Positions 36,703 to 45,514 of a stretch of 64,000 bases of DNA are shown here, in pieces; position 1 is the first letter of the stretch, and each line of letters opens with the position of its first letter. Source of the stretch: a bacterium (GTDB lineage Bacteria; Electryoneota; JAOADG01). The stretch spans positions 2,592,001 to 2,656,000 of the forward strand of contig OY820579.1 of NCBI GenBank assembly GCA_963681965.1. Direction: 5' to 3'. Position numbers and translations under genes: made by a program. The notes under the pieces were generated by a model, which had not been told where the DNA came from, made no database searches, and saw only the letters and a program-made list of their open reading frames with translations.

Positions 36703-38761
36703 ATCGGATAACTCTTGAGCAAATGTTACAAGCGATTGTTGATCTTTCTTGACCGAGTAAAGTTGATTGATTCGGTTGAGCAATAACATTCGAACAACGA
36801 GGCGAGTAATGAAAATCAGTTCGATACACATAGAAAACTTTCGTTCATTTAAAGATGAGACTATTACCTTCAGCGACTATACTTGCTTGGTTGGCGCTAA
36901 CGGCTCGGGAAAGTCGAATGTAATTTGTGCGTTAAACGTCGTATTTGGTGAAACCGAAGGAGTTTCTACTGACCTTCGCACACTTACGGTTGAGGATTTT
37001 CACAATAAAGACACTAAGAACCCTATAGTGATAACAGTGATCTTTACAGATTTAAGCGAGGCGGCAAAAGATGACTTTGCGGATTATTTTCGTCAAGAGG
37101 CACTCATTCTTTCGGCTGTTGCCGAGTTCGATCAAAACACTGGTACTGCGGTTGTAAAGCAATTTGGGCAAAGGAAAGGTATGGATGAATTTAAAGAGTA
37201 TTTCAAAGCAAAAGGAGATAAAAAAACTACAGGTGAGTTGAAACCAATTTTTGCAAACATTAAGACAAACTTCTCTGATTTACCAAATGCGACCACTGAA
37301 CCTGCAATGACCGCTGCGTTACGTGATTACGAAAGTAATCATCCTGAATTATGTGTACTGATTCCAAGTGAAGATCAATTCTACGGTATATCGAAAGGCA
37401 AAAATCTATTGGCTAAGTACCTTCAATGGGTTTATATACCGGCTGTAAAAGACGTAATAGTTGAACAAAGGGAAGCAAAATCAACAGCATTAGGTAAGCT
37501 ACTGGCACGAACCGTACGAGCAAGAGTAAGTTTCGGCGATAAGATAAAAGAAATCCGTGAAACAGCTCAAAGAGATTATCAAATTCTTATTGATAGTAAC
37601 CAAAGTGTATTGGATGAAATTTCCGGCGCACTTCAAAAACGCCTTACGGAATGGTCACATCCAGACGCAGCACTTAAATTACTTTGGAGTAAGGACGATA
37701 AAGCCATAAAAGTAGATGAACCGTTCGCGCAAATATTAGCAGGTGAAGGAGCTTTTGAAGGTGATCTTGCACGTTTTGGACATGGTTTTCAACGCTCTTA
37801 TTTCTTAGCTTTGTTACAAGTTTTATCCGCATCCGGTGATGATCCATCTGCCCCTAAACTTATTCTTGCTTGTGAAGAACCAGAATTATTTCAGCACCCT
37901 CCACAAGCTCGGCACCTTTATAATGTTTTCCAAAATTTAATTGCGGAATACTCACAAGTAATTATCTGCACACATAGCCCGTATTTCGTTTCTGGGGATA
38001 AGTTCGAAGATATAAGAATCGTTCGCAAATGTAGTTCGGTGTCAAATGTAAAGCGCGTTACGTACGATCAGATAGGTAATTTAATTGCAAGTGCTGGCGG
38101 CAAATCAATCAAACCCGAAGGCACTCTTGCAAAACTTCATCAAGCGTTGCAACCGTCTTTGAGCGAAATGTTCTTCACCTCTCATTTGATTCTGGTTGAA
38201 GGTCTTGAAGATTTTGCTTACGTCACTACTTATTTAACACTTATGGATTTATGGAACGACTTTAGACGTTTCGGTTGTCATATTGTACCTGTTAATGGTA
38301 AGAGTAACTTTCCACAACCTATGGCATTAGCGAAGCTGCTGGACATTCCTACCTATATAATATTCGATGCAGATACTGATAAAATTCCTGATCCCTCTAG
38401 TGAAAAATATAAATCGATCAAAGGATATCACGAAAAAGATAATTTAACGATTTTGAAATTATGGGGAATTTCAAACCCTGATCCATTCCCAACTAGTACT
38501 TTTTGGAGTAATCGTATTACTATGTGGTCTTCTGACATTGGGAAAACCATAGAAGCTGACATAGGGCAAAGCACTTTATCAACATATTCTACCAAAGCCG
38601 ACGCTATTTATGGTAGTCCTGGTGGATTAGAAAAGAACAATCTTCACATCGCAGCTTATTTGAAATTTGCGTGGGATGACAGTGTGAGGTGGTACCCTCC
38701 GTTTGGACAGTTTTGTGCGAATCTTAGTTAGATTGCACTGCCCACTGTCTGCTGTTTCTTG

Positions 38762-39571
38762 TCAGGCAGCTGCCTGACAAGAAAGATTTCTTAGACTATC
38801 GGTGTAGACTTCATCTGGGGTTTGATAGCCCAAGCCTTGGTGCGAACGTTCGCTGTTGTAGAACGAAAAATATTCACCGATACTGCGCTCTGCAATGCGA
38901 ACTGAATCGTACCCTTTCAAGTATACTTCCTCGTACTTCAACGACTTCCACAATCGTTCGACAAAACGGTTATCCATCCACCGACCTTTACCATCCATAC
39001 TGATCCGAACGCCTGCCTCTTTCAAAACATCCGTAAATGCGACGCTGGTAAACTGACACCCTTGATCGCTGTTGAAGATCTCAGGCTTCCCATACTTCGA
39101 CAACGCATCCTTCAATGCTTCCACACAGGAATGCGTATCCAGCGTATTCGACAACCGCCACGACAACACCTTGCGACTGAACCAGTCGATCACCGCCACC
39201 AGGTACATAAAACCCTTTGCCAGTGGGATGTACGTGATGTCGGTCGCCCATACTTGATTCGCGCGATCAACCGTCAAGTCGCGAAGCAAGTACGGATAAA
39301 TCTTGTGTTCCTTGTCAGGAACCGTCGTACGCGGCTTGCGGTACAATGCTTCCAGACCCAGGATGCGTAGCAAGGAACGAACCTTTTTCCGACCAACATC
39401 GATACCCTGCTTCGATAACTCCACCACCAGTTTACGGGCACCGTAGAACGGAACCTTCAGGTGAAGCTCATCCAGCGTTCGCAACAGCATCAAATTGTTC
39501 GAATCAAGCGGAACAGGGCGATAGTAGTAACTGCTGCGTGGAACCTTGATCAAAGAACACTGCTGAACCAA
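38762..39571 (-). CDS. IS3 transposase OrfB
   Basis: [51 protein letters not shown]. Confidence 0.95.
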   Translation of the reverse strand: MVQQCSLIKVPRSSYYYRPVPLDSNNLMLLRTLDELHLKVPFYGARKLVVELSKQGIDVGRKKVRSLLRILGLEALYRKPRTTVPDKEHKIYPYLLRDLTVDRANQVWATDITYIPLAKGFMYLVAVIDWFSRKVLSWRLSNTLDTHSCVEALKDALSKYGKPEIFNSDQGCQFTSVAFTDVLKEAGVRISMDGKGRWMDNRFVERLWKSLKYEEVYLKGYDSVRIAERSIGEYFSFYNSERSHQGLGYQTPDEVYTDSLRNLSCQAAA

Positions 39572-39594
39572 CGGTAAACGGGCACCCGGATCGA

Positions 39595-39897
39595 TCAGCG
39601 CTTCACGCTCAGAACGCCCAAGCGACTGAGCCCCTTTGCTAAAAAATCGTTTTCCATCGTTAACTGGCCGATCTTGGCGCGCAGCTCCTTAAGATCTACT
39701 TCTTCACTTCCTGACGATTCAGTTTTGCCAAATACCGATGCAGCATGATCCAAAAGCTGCTTCTTCCACTGACTGATCTGGTTCGGATGAACTTGATATA
39801 GACTTGATAGTTCAGATACTGTCTTATCACCCTTGAGTGCGGCTAATGCTACCGTCGCCTTGAAATCAGGCGATAATGTCCGTCGTAAACCCGACAT
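39595..39897 (-). CDS. IS3 transposase OrfA
   Basis: RR..SPDFKA.VALAALKGDKT..ELS..Y.VHPNQI.QWK...KIGQLTMENDFL. Confidence 0.93.
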   Translation of the reverse strand: MSGLRRTLSPDFKATVALAALKGDKTVSELSSLYQVHPNQISQWKKQLLDHAASVFGKTESSGSEEVDLKELRAKIGQLTMENDFLAKGLSRLGVLSVKR

Positions 39898-40127
39898 TGT
39901 AAACTCCCTGCTTGCTGTCAAAATATCGGGCAAAGCAATCTAACTAACAAACTGTCCAGGAAAACGGGACCACTTCAGTGTAAAATCTGTATCATTAGAA
40001 AAGCTTTGCAATAAACTGATCGAATTCGCTAAGGAACCTTAACCAGATTAATATCATTATTGTGTTGGCTAAATGGTAAAGCGCTAGATCCTCTTTGTTT
40101 CCCATACTCCTTCAACCTATAACTAAT

Positions 40128-40181
40128 TTGCTTGTTGCGAAACGTCGGATTATATTCCTACCGTTAGATGAAACGCAACAA
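40128..40181 (+). promoter_or_regulatory. abiE promoter with inverted repeat
   Basis: TTGCTT-17 bp-TATATT (40128-40156); IR arms TTGTTGCG (40132-39) and CGCAACAA (40174-81). Confidence 0.6.
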
Positions 40182-40185
40182 ATCA

Positions 40186-40782
40186 ATGCCAACAGCAACT
40201 GACATTCTTCAACTCATCCATGACCGTGGTGTAATCCGAGCAAGGGATCTGTCGCGTCTGGGGATTGGTACGATTTATCTGACGCGGCTAGTCGAGGATG
40301 GGCAGATACGACGCATCGGTCGCGGTCTCTATGCATCGAATTCGTATGACCAATCCGACCGGCATTCATTTATCGAAATTGCACTAAAAGCACCCCACGC
40401 AATTATTTCACTACTGTCGGCTCTGCAGTATCATGGTCTGACGACTCAAGCTCCATTCGAGGTCTGGATTACCATTGCGGCTCATGCGAGAAAACCGTCA
40501 CTCGAGTATCCGCCACTGCGCGTATTCCGGACATCGGAGCAGACGCTCCCGATAGGCTGCGAACAACACACCATTGATAGTGTCACAGTCAATATCTATT
40601 CTCCGGCACGCACTGTCGTCGATTGCTTCCGATACCGCAACAAAATCGGGATAGATGTTGCCAAAGAGGCACTGCGCGATGGTATTCGAATGAAGAAATG
40701 CACCATTGACGACCTCTGGCGGATCGCAACCCAATGCAGAATTGCCAATGTGATCCGTCCCTACCTCGAGACAATCGAATGA
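40186..40782 (+). CDS. abiEi: Type IV TA antitoxin AbiEi
   Basis: GVIR..DL...GI....L.RL...G.I.RIGRGLY, SLLSAL.YHGLTTQ.P..VW, YSPART.VDCFRYRNKIG.DVA.EAL. Confidence 0.92.
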   Translation: MPTATDILQLIHDRGVIRARDLSRLGIGTIYLTRLVEDGQIRRIGRGLYASNSYDQSDRHSFIEIALKAPHAIISLLSALQYHGLTTQAPFEVWITIAAHARKPSLEYPPLRVFRTSEQTLPIGCEQHTIDSVTVNIYSPARTVVDCFRYRNKIGIDVAKEALRDGIRMKKCTIDDLWRIATQCRIANVIRPYLETIE

Positions 40783-41687
40783 GTCCGAACCTCGTCGCAT
40801 CAATCCAAGCTCGTCTACTGGCGATAGCCAAACGACAAGGTGAGGATTTTACAATTTTACTTTCCCGCTTTGCCGGAGAGCGGTTTCTGTATCGACTCAG
40901 TCAATCGGAATACAAAGATCGCTTCATATTGAAAGGTGCAACTCTCTTTTTGATCAGTGACGGTATTCTGCATCGTCCGACTCGCGATATCGATCTGCTC
41001 GGTTTTTTCCCGAACGACCAAGCTGCACTCGAAGATGTATTCCGCTCGCTGTGCCGAATGAGTTTTCCCGCCGATGGATTGACTTTTCTTGCCAACACGA
41101 TTGCCAGTGCACCGATCCGTGAAGAACAAGAATATCAAGGGATTCGTGTTACAATGACGGCAATGCTCGGGAAAATGAGATGCCCGCTTCAAGTGGACAT
41201 CGGCTTTGGCGATTCGATTATTCCGGCACCCACCGAAGTCAAGGTTCCAGTGTTGCTCGATCTTCCGGCACCGATACTTCGCGCCTATGCGCCGGAAACA
41301 TCGGTCGCTGAGAAACTGCATGCGATCGTCATTCGCGGTATTGCTAACAGCCGAATGAAGGATTATTTCGATCTCTGGTACTGGGCATCCAACCGAAGCT
41401 TTGATGGCGACCGATTGACCCAGGCGATTCACGCCACGCTCGAACGGCGACAAACGGCGATTCCCGAAGAATTGCCATTTGGGCTTTCCGATGACTTTGC
41501 AAGAGATACTATCAAGCGACAACAGTGGGATGCTTTTCTGAATCGAAACCGATTGCAGACGAGCGACTCCAGTTTTCAAGAGGTTGTTCGCTTGGTGCAA
41601 CAATTTGCATGGGAACCACTCACGGCAGTTCGAACCGGAATTGATTTCAAGAAAACGTGGCAACCAGCAACGGGCTGGTCAAAGTAA
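40779..41687 (+). CDS. abiEii: Type IV TA toxin AbiEii nucleotidyltransferase
   Basis: ERFLYRLS.S.Y...FILKG, RPTRDIDLL, QVDIGFGD, AEKLHA, NSRMKDYFD; ATGA overlap with abiEi. Confidence 0.93.
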   Translation: MSPNLVASIQARLLAIAKRQGEDFTILLSRFAGERFLYRLSQSEYKDRFILKGATLFLISDGILHRPTRDIDLLGFFPNDQAALEDVFRSLCRMSFPADGLTFLANTIASAPIREEQEYQGIRVTMTAMLGKMRCPLQVDIGFGDSIIPAPTEVKVPVLLDLPAPILRAYAPETSVAEKLHAIVIRGIANSRMKDYFDLWYWASNRSFDGDRLTQAIHATLERRQTAIPEELPFGLSDDFARDTIKRQQWDAFLNRNRLQTSDSSFQEVVRLVQQFAWEPLTAVRTGIDFKKTWQPATGWSK

Positions 41688-41795
41688 ATTGAACTAAAGA
41701 CCATTCTCTAACCTCTCTGAGAACCTCCTCCGATTCCTAACTCTTGAATTTTCCTTACTCGCTTTCTCAAACGAGTCAATTTCTTTGCCTTGGAG

Positions 41796-41824
41796 TTGAT
41801 TGGTTAATTTATTTTAACCATATT
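41796..41824 (+). promoter_or_regulatory. Putative lexA promoter with operator GGTTA-N8-TAACC (41802-41819)
   Basis: TTGATT-17 bp-CATATT; same motif as 3013-3030. Confidence 0.65.
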
Positions 41825-41846
41825 GGATTTACGAAAGGAGTTCGGA

Positions 41847-42467
41847 ATGACTCGACCGAAATTGAGTACCTCGCAGCAAAAGTATCTGAAATGGATTGCA
41901 GAAGTTATTGCCAAAACCGGCAAGTCGCCGACGCTTGAAGAGATTGGCGATCACTTCAAATCGACGGCGGTGAATGCTTACAAGATCGTCCAGATACTTG
42001 TTCGTAAAGGATATGTCAAGAAAACGGGCAACGGGCCGGTACGAACGCTCGTTGTGCTCGACGATGAGGGTAACGGAATTGTTCCGAACCAACTCCCACT
42101 GATCGGCAGGGTCGCGGCAGGTTTGCCGGTGTTGGCAGTAGAGAACCGGATTGGCATGGTTACGCTAGACGAAGCTTTCCTGCGACGTGGGGCATCCTTC
42201 GTACTTGTGGTTCAAGGGGAATCGATGCTCGATGCCGGTATCCTTCCGGGAGACAAGGTCATCATCAAACAGCAACCGACCGCAGAAACCGGACAGATTG
42301 TGCTGGCATTACTTGGCGAAGAGGCAACCATCAAACGATTCTACCCTCAGACGAATGGTTCGGTGATATTGAAACCGGAGAATCGCAGCTTTTCTGACAT
42401 TGTTGTCGCCACAGGTAATTGTTCGATTCAGGGTGTGGTTATCGGCTGTTACCGAGAGATTGAGTAA
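41847..42467 (+). CDS. lexA: LexA-family repressor (copy 2)
   Basis: SPTLEEIG, GRVAAGLP, GESM, ATIKR; clearly paralogous to 3058-3678. Confidence 0.92.
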   Translation: MTRPKLSTSQQKYLKWIAEVIAKTGKSPTLEEIGDHFKSTAVNAYKIVQILVRKGYVKKTGNGPVRTLVVLDDEGNGIVPNQLPLIGRVAAGLPVLAVENRIGMVTLDEAFLRRGASFVLVVQGESMLDAGILPGDKVIIKQQPTAETGQIVLALLGEEATIKRFYPQTNGSVILKPENRSFSDIVVATGNCSIQGVVIGCYREIE

Positions 42468-42488
42468 GATAGTAAAGGCGGAAGTAAG

Positions 42489-43112
42489 ATGCAGATCGAA
42501 CGATTAGGTAACTACGATTTCCCGGAAGACATGATCGCCACCTGGAAACAAATGGGAATCGCGGTATTGCAACCGATTCAAGAGCAAGCGGTCCAACGCT
42601 ATAAGCTGTTCGAAGGCAATAGCATGATCGTTTCCGCGCCGACTTCTTCCGGCAAGACCTTTGTCGGAGAATTGGCAGCAGTGTACCAAGCGATCCATGA
42701 ACGGAAAACCGCATTCCTTGTACCATTGAAAGCGATTGCAGAAGAAAAGTTCAAGACCTTCAGGCAGATGTACGAACCGTCGGGGATTCGGGTCGTAGTA
42801 TCGAACCGCGATCACAAGGAATACGATACCGACATCGAAACGGGAAATTTCGATATCGCCATTATCGTATTCGAAAAATTCTTCCAACTTTTGAACAGTA
42901 ACAAGAACTTCCTCGGTTCGCTGGGACTGGTTGTCATCGATGAATTACAGATGCTTGCCGACCATACTCGCGGCACCAATCTGGAACTAATACTGACCCA
43001 TTTACGGATGCAGCATAAAGGATCGTTCCAAATTGTCGGTCTGTCGGCGGTGCTGGGTAATCATGGGTTAGTCAACCAATGGCTGGGCATCGTGCTTATG
43101 GTGAACACTTAG
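42489..43112 (+). pseudogene. N-terminal fragment of a Ski2/Hel308-like SF2 helicase
   Basis: LQPIQ, APTSSGKT, VPLKAIAEEK, VVIDELQM, GLSAV; ends after the first RecA domain. Confidence 0.85.
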
Positions 43113-43297
43113 CGATCTCTTCGCAGGAGAATTTTCTTGACACATCTTCAGAATCGCAACCCTACTTTCCAGTTCCAACCGATCTCGCCACAGTTTTAAG
43201 AAACAGTTCGCTACCACTTTGGGTGATTTCAGAATGCTTCGATTCACAGGATATTGGAGCATTAGCCATGAAACAGACGTACTTCAACGAGTTATGA
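43090..43297 (+). pseudogene. 3' fragment of an unrelated gene (possibly endonuclease IV/TIM-barrel C-terminus)
   Basis: GEHL...P...LA..L......VISEC..SQD.GAL.MK..Y; TGA overlaps the next ATG. Confidence 0.35.
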
Positions 43298-43899
43298 AAG
43301 AGTTTCCATCAAAACTGTATGGTTTAAAGATGCTCGGCAAGTTCGCGCTTCCACACCCAGATTGGCGATTCGTTCTCTCTAATCAAATTGTTCAACTGAC
43401 TCCTTGGACAGAAGCCGAATATGGTTGGACAGTTAGAACCGCGATAAATAGTGTTGCTTCAGCAATTGGAGCAGAAAGACATTTGCCTTTCATTAACAAA
43501 GCCAGTTGGCAAGATGTTAAGCACTTTGTAAAGAGCTCAAAGCAGAATTCCAATTTGAATTTGATTTATATCATCTATCCTTCATGGCAATTCGTGTCAT
43601 CGGGGTGTATTCTGTCTGTGGATAATTTCATTCGAATTGAGGCCGTACAAGGTAGTATCGCAAAACTGACTGAAGGCAAAACCAATCCAGATGCTTCGAT
43701 AACGTTTCAAAGATTTCCTCCATTTCTCCGCACGGATGAAACAGGTGCCCTAACTATCATTAACCAAAGATTGCTACGGTCTTTTGTCAGAGCGTTTCCA
43801 CTCATCTCGATGTATGATGGCAATCTCGAGTGGGCATTGACATCTAAAGATCAATTATTCTTTTTTCAATGGGATTTGCTTCGAAATAGTCCTTTATAG
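43294..43899 (+). CDS. Hypothetical protein resembling a minimal PEP-synthase/PPDK ATP-grasp domain
   Basis: K..GL..L....LP.P, VRT, SG, IEAV.G....L..G...PD, EWA......F.Q. Confidence 0.5.
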   Translation: MKEFPSKLYGLKMLGKFALPHPDWRFVLSNQIVQLTPWTEAEYGWTVRTAINSVASAIGAERHLPFINKASWQDVKHFVKSSKQNSNLNLIYIIYPSWQFVSSGCILSVDNFIRIEAVQGSIAKLTEGKTNPDASITFQRFPPFLRTDETGALTIINQRLLRSFVRAFPLISMYDGNLEWALTSKDQLFFFQWDLLRNSPL

Positions 43900-44077
43900 A
43901 ATCACCCTGTAGACGACAAGAAATCCAACTCTTACATTACTAGCATATACAAATATTTCAGAAACACTTCGAACACTTTTCCTTTTTTTCCGGTATGTAA
44001 CAAGTAGGGGGAATCAGTTTTAGGGCTCTGGTGAGTCAGGTGGTTTCCGATTTACTTGGTTACGTACTGGAACTTCG

Positions 44078-44150
44078 ATGGATTACTCTGTACATCCTGA
44101 TGACATGACTCCAACAGAGCGATTTGGTGAGATCGCATCCATTTTAGCAT
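44078..44150 (+). pseudogene. Relic of a small ORF like those preceding DUF2924/serine-recombinase modules
   Basis: MDYSVHPDDMTPTERFGEIASILA then apparent loss of coding character. Confidence 0.4.
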
Positions 44151-44336
44151 CTACTTCTCGCGTTTTCACCACTAACTCCCGACTAGACGTTCGCAACACT
44201 TCTCGCATTGCATCAAGAAATGACTCACGAGTATCGTTGGCTCTTCACCAATTCAATTACAGATTATTTAGTCCACTGTTAATGCTTTAATTATTCTTAA
44301 CTTATGATAGTATTGGAACAAACCACAAATCTATGA

Positions 44337-44365
44337 TTGACAATTAGTCCAGACTGAAGTATATT
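44337..44365 (+). promoter_or_regulatory. Sigma-70 promoter of the AAA-S8 operon
   Basis: TTGACA-17 bp-TATATT; spacer contains the palindrome AGTC-ca-GACT. Confidence 0.75.
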
Positions 44366-44389
44366 ACATCATTAACTAGGAGCTTGGCA

Positions 44390-45514
44390 ATGTCAGCAGG
44401 GAAAGAATCTGTAGATAGCGTTTTACAATTAGCACGTCTTGCTCTAAGTGGCAAGCGAGAAGATCTTGTTTTGTACGTGAAACGATTGTCCAGAAACTTC
44501 CGTTTGTCGAATCCATTATTGGCAGAATCGCTATCTGAACTATTGGAGGACGCGCAAGCGAATCATGAAAGTTTCAAGAGAGAAAACGAAAGCTTCCTTC
44601 CGTATGATAGTGATTCAAAGTTGAGTTTGATTAGGATGGAGTTTCCAGTCAAGTTAGAAACAGATCCTATATGGAGTGATTCGGTAAGAAGTGCTATTAC
44701 TCAGATTGTGGATGAAAGAAAACAAGGAAGTTTACTACGTGACTCACGTGTTCCTCCTACACGAACTGCTTTGTTCGTCGGTCCGCCAGGTGTAGGAAAA
44801 ACAATGTCAGCTAAGTGGTTAGCTCGTGAGCTGAATGTCAAGTTACTAACCCTAGATCTTTCAGCCGTCATGAGTAGTTTTCTTGGGAAAACAGGTGTAA
44901 ATCTGAGGCAAGTTTTAGATTATTCGAAGTCGGAACGATGCATCCTCTTGTTAGATGAACTTGATTCAATTGCTAAAAAACGAGACGACTCATTAGAGGT
45001 TGGCGAGCTTAAAAGGCTAGTTACAGTTCTATTGCAAGAGATTGATGAGTGGCCAGAAAACAACTTGTTGATAGCCGCGACGAATCATGCAGATTTGCTT
45101 GATCCAGCTGTTTGGAGGCGGTTTGAATTTATTGTCGAATTCGATATGCCTGAGAGTGATCAAGTCGAGGTAGCTGTTCGAAAGTACTTTGGTGAAAGAT
45201 TTCAAGAACTTGGAGACTGGCTTAGCATTTATGCTACTACATTTCAACATTCATCATTCAGCGATATAGAGAGAGATGTTAAGAAAGTAATCAGAGCCTC
45301 AATCATTCAAAGCACATCGTTAATCGACATTGTTGAGCAACGCTTTGAAGCTAGTATGAAGACAATCTCACATGAAAAAAAACGTGAAATCGCTCTTCGC
45401 TTATCTGAAATGGGTTATCCGACAAGACGTGTTCAAGAATTGACTGGAATAAGTAGAGCAACAACCCTGAAAGATCGTAATGCTGCTCCAAAGAAGAAAG
45501 GAGTTTCGAGATGA
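44390..45514 (+). CDS. ietA: AAA+ ATPase (IetA-like) with C-terminal HTH
   Basis: GPPGVGKT, SSFLGKTG.NL, LLLDELDSIAK.R...EVGELKR.V..LLQ, AATNH..LLDPAVWRRF. Confidence 0.85.
   Translation: MSAGKESVDSVLQLARLALSGKREDLVLYVKRLSRNFRLSNPLLAESLSELLEDAQANHESFKRENESFLPYDSDSKLSLIRMEFPVKLETDPIWSDSVRSAITQIVDERKQGSLLRDSRVPPTRTALFVGPPGVGKTMSAKWLARELNVKLLTLDLSAVMSSFLGKTGVNLRQVLDYSKSERCILLLDELDSIAKKRDDSLEVGELKRLVTVLLQEIDEWPENNLLIAATNHADLLDPAVWRRFEFIVEFDMPESDQVEVAVRKYFGERFQELGDWLSIYATTFQHSSFSDIERDVKKVIRASIIQSTSLIDIVEQRFEASMKTISHEKKREIALRLSEMGYPTRRVQELTGISRATTLKDRNAAPKKKGVSR

Larger units (their letters stand above)
38685..39977 (-). mobile_element. Second IS3-family element, 1293 bp, with 3-bp target duplication GTG
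   Basis: IRs TGAGGTGGTACCC..TGGACAGTTT / TGAAGTGGTCCC..TGGACAGTTT; GTG at 38682-84 and 39978-80. Confidence 0.95.
36809..40042 (+). pseudogene. old: OLD-family ATP-dependent nuclease (ABC ATPase plus TOPRIM) interrupted by IS about 20 codons before its stop
   Basis: I.NFRSF, GANGSGKS, GHGFQR, EEPELFQHP, THSP, LVEG.ED, GKSN, FDAD; removing the IS restores ...DDSVKSVSLEKLCNKLIEFAKEP* ending at 40042. Confidence 0.9.

Noticed and set aside
36809-40042. Gabija system
   Set aside because: No GajB/UvrD gene follows the OLD nuclease
40857-41663. Long antisense or alternate-frame ORFs (also 465-881, 3145-3630, 30900-31418, 45351-45830, 52693-53187)
   Set aside because: They are shadows of well-supported genes and have no motifs of their own
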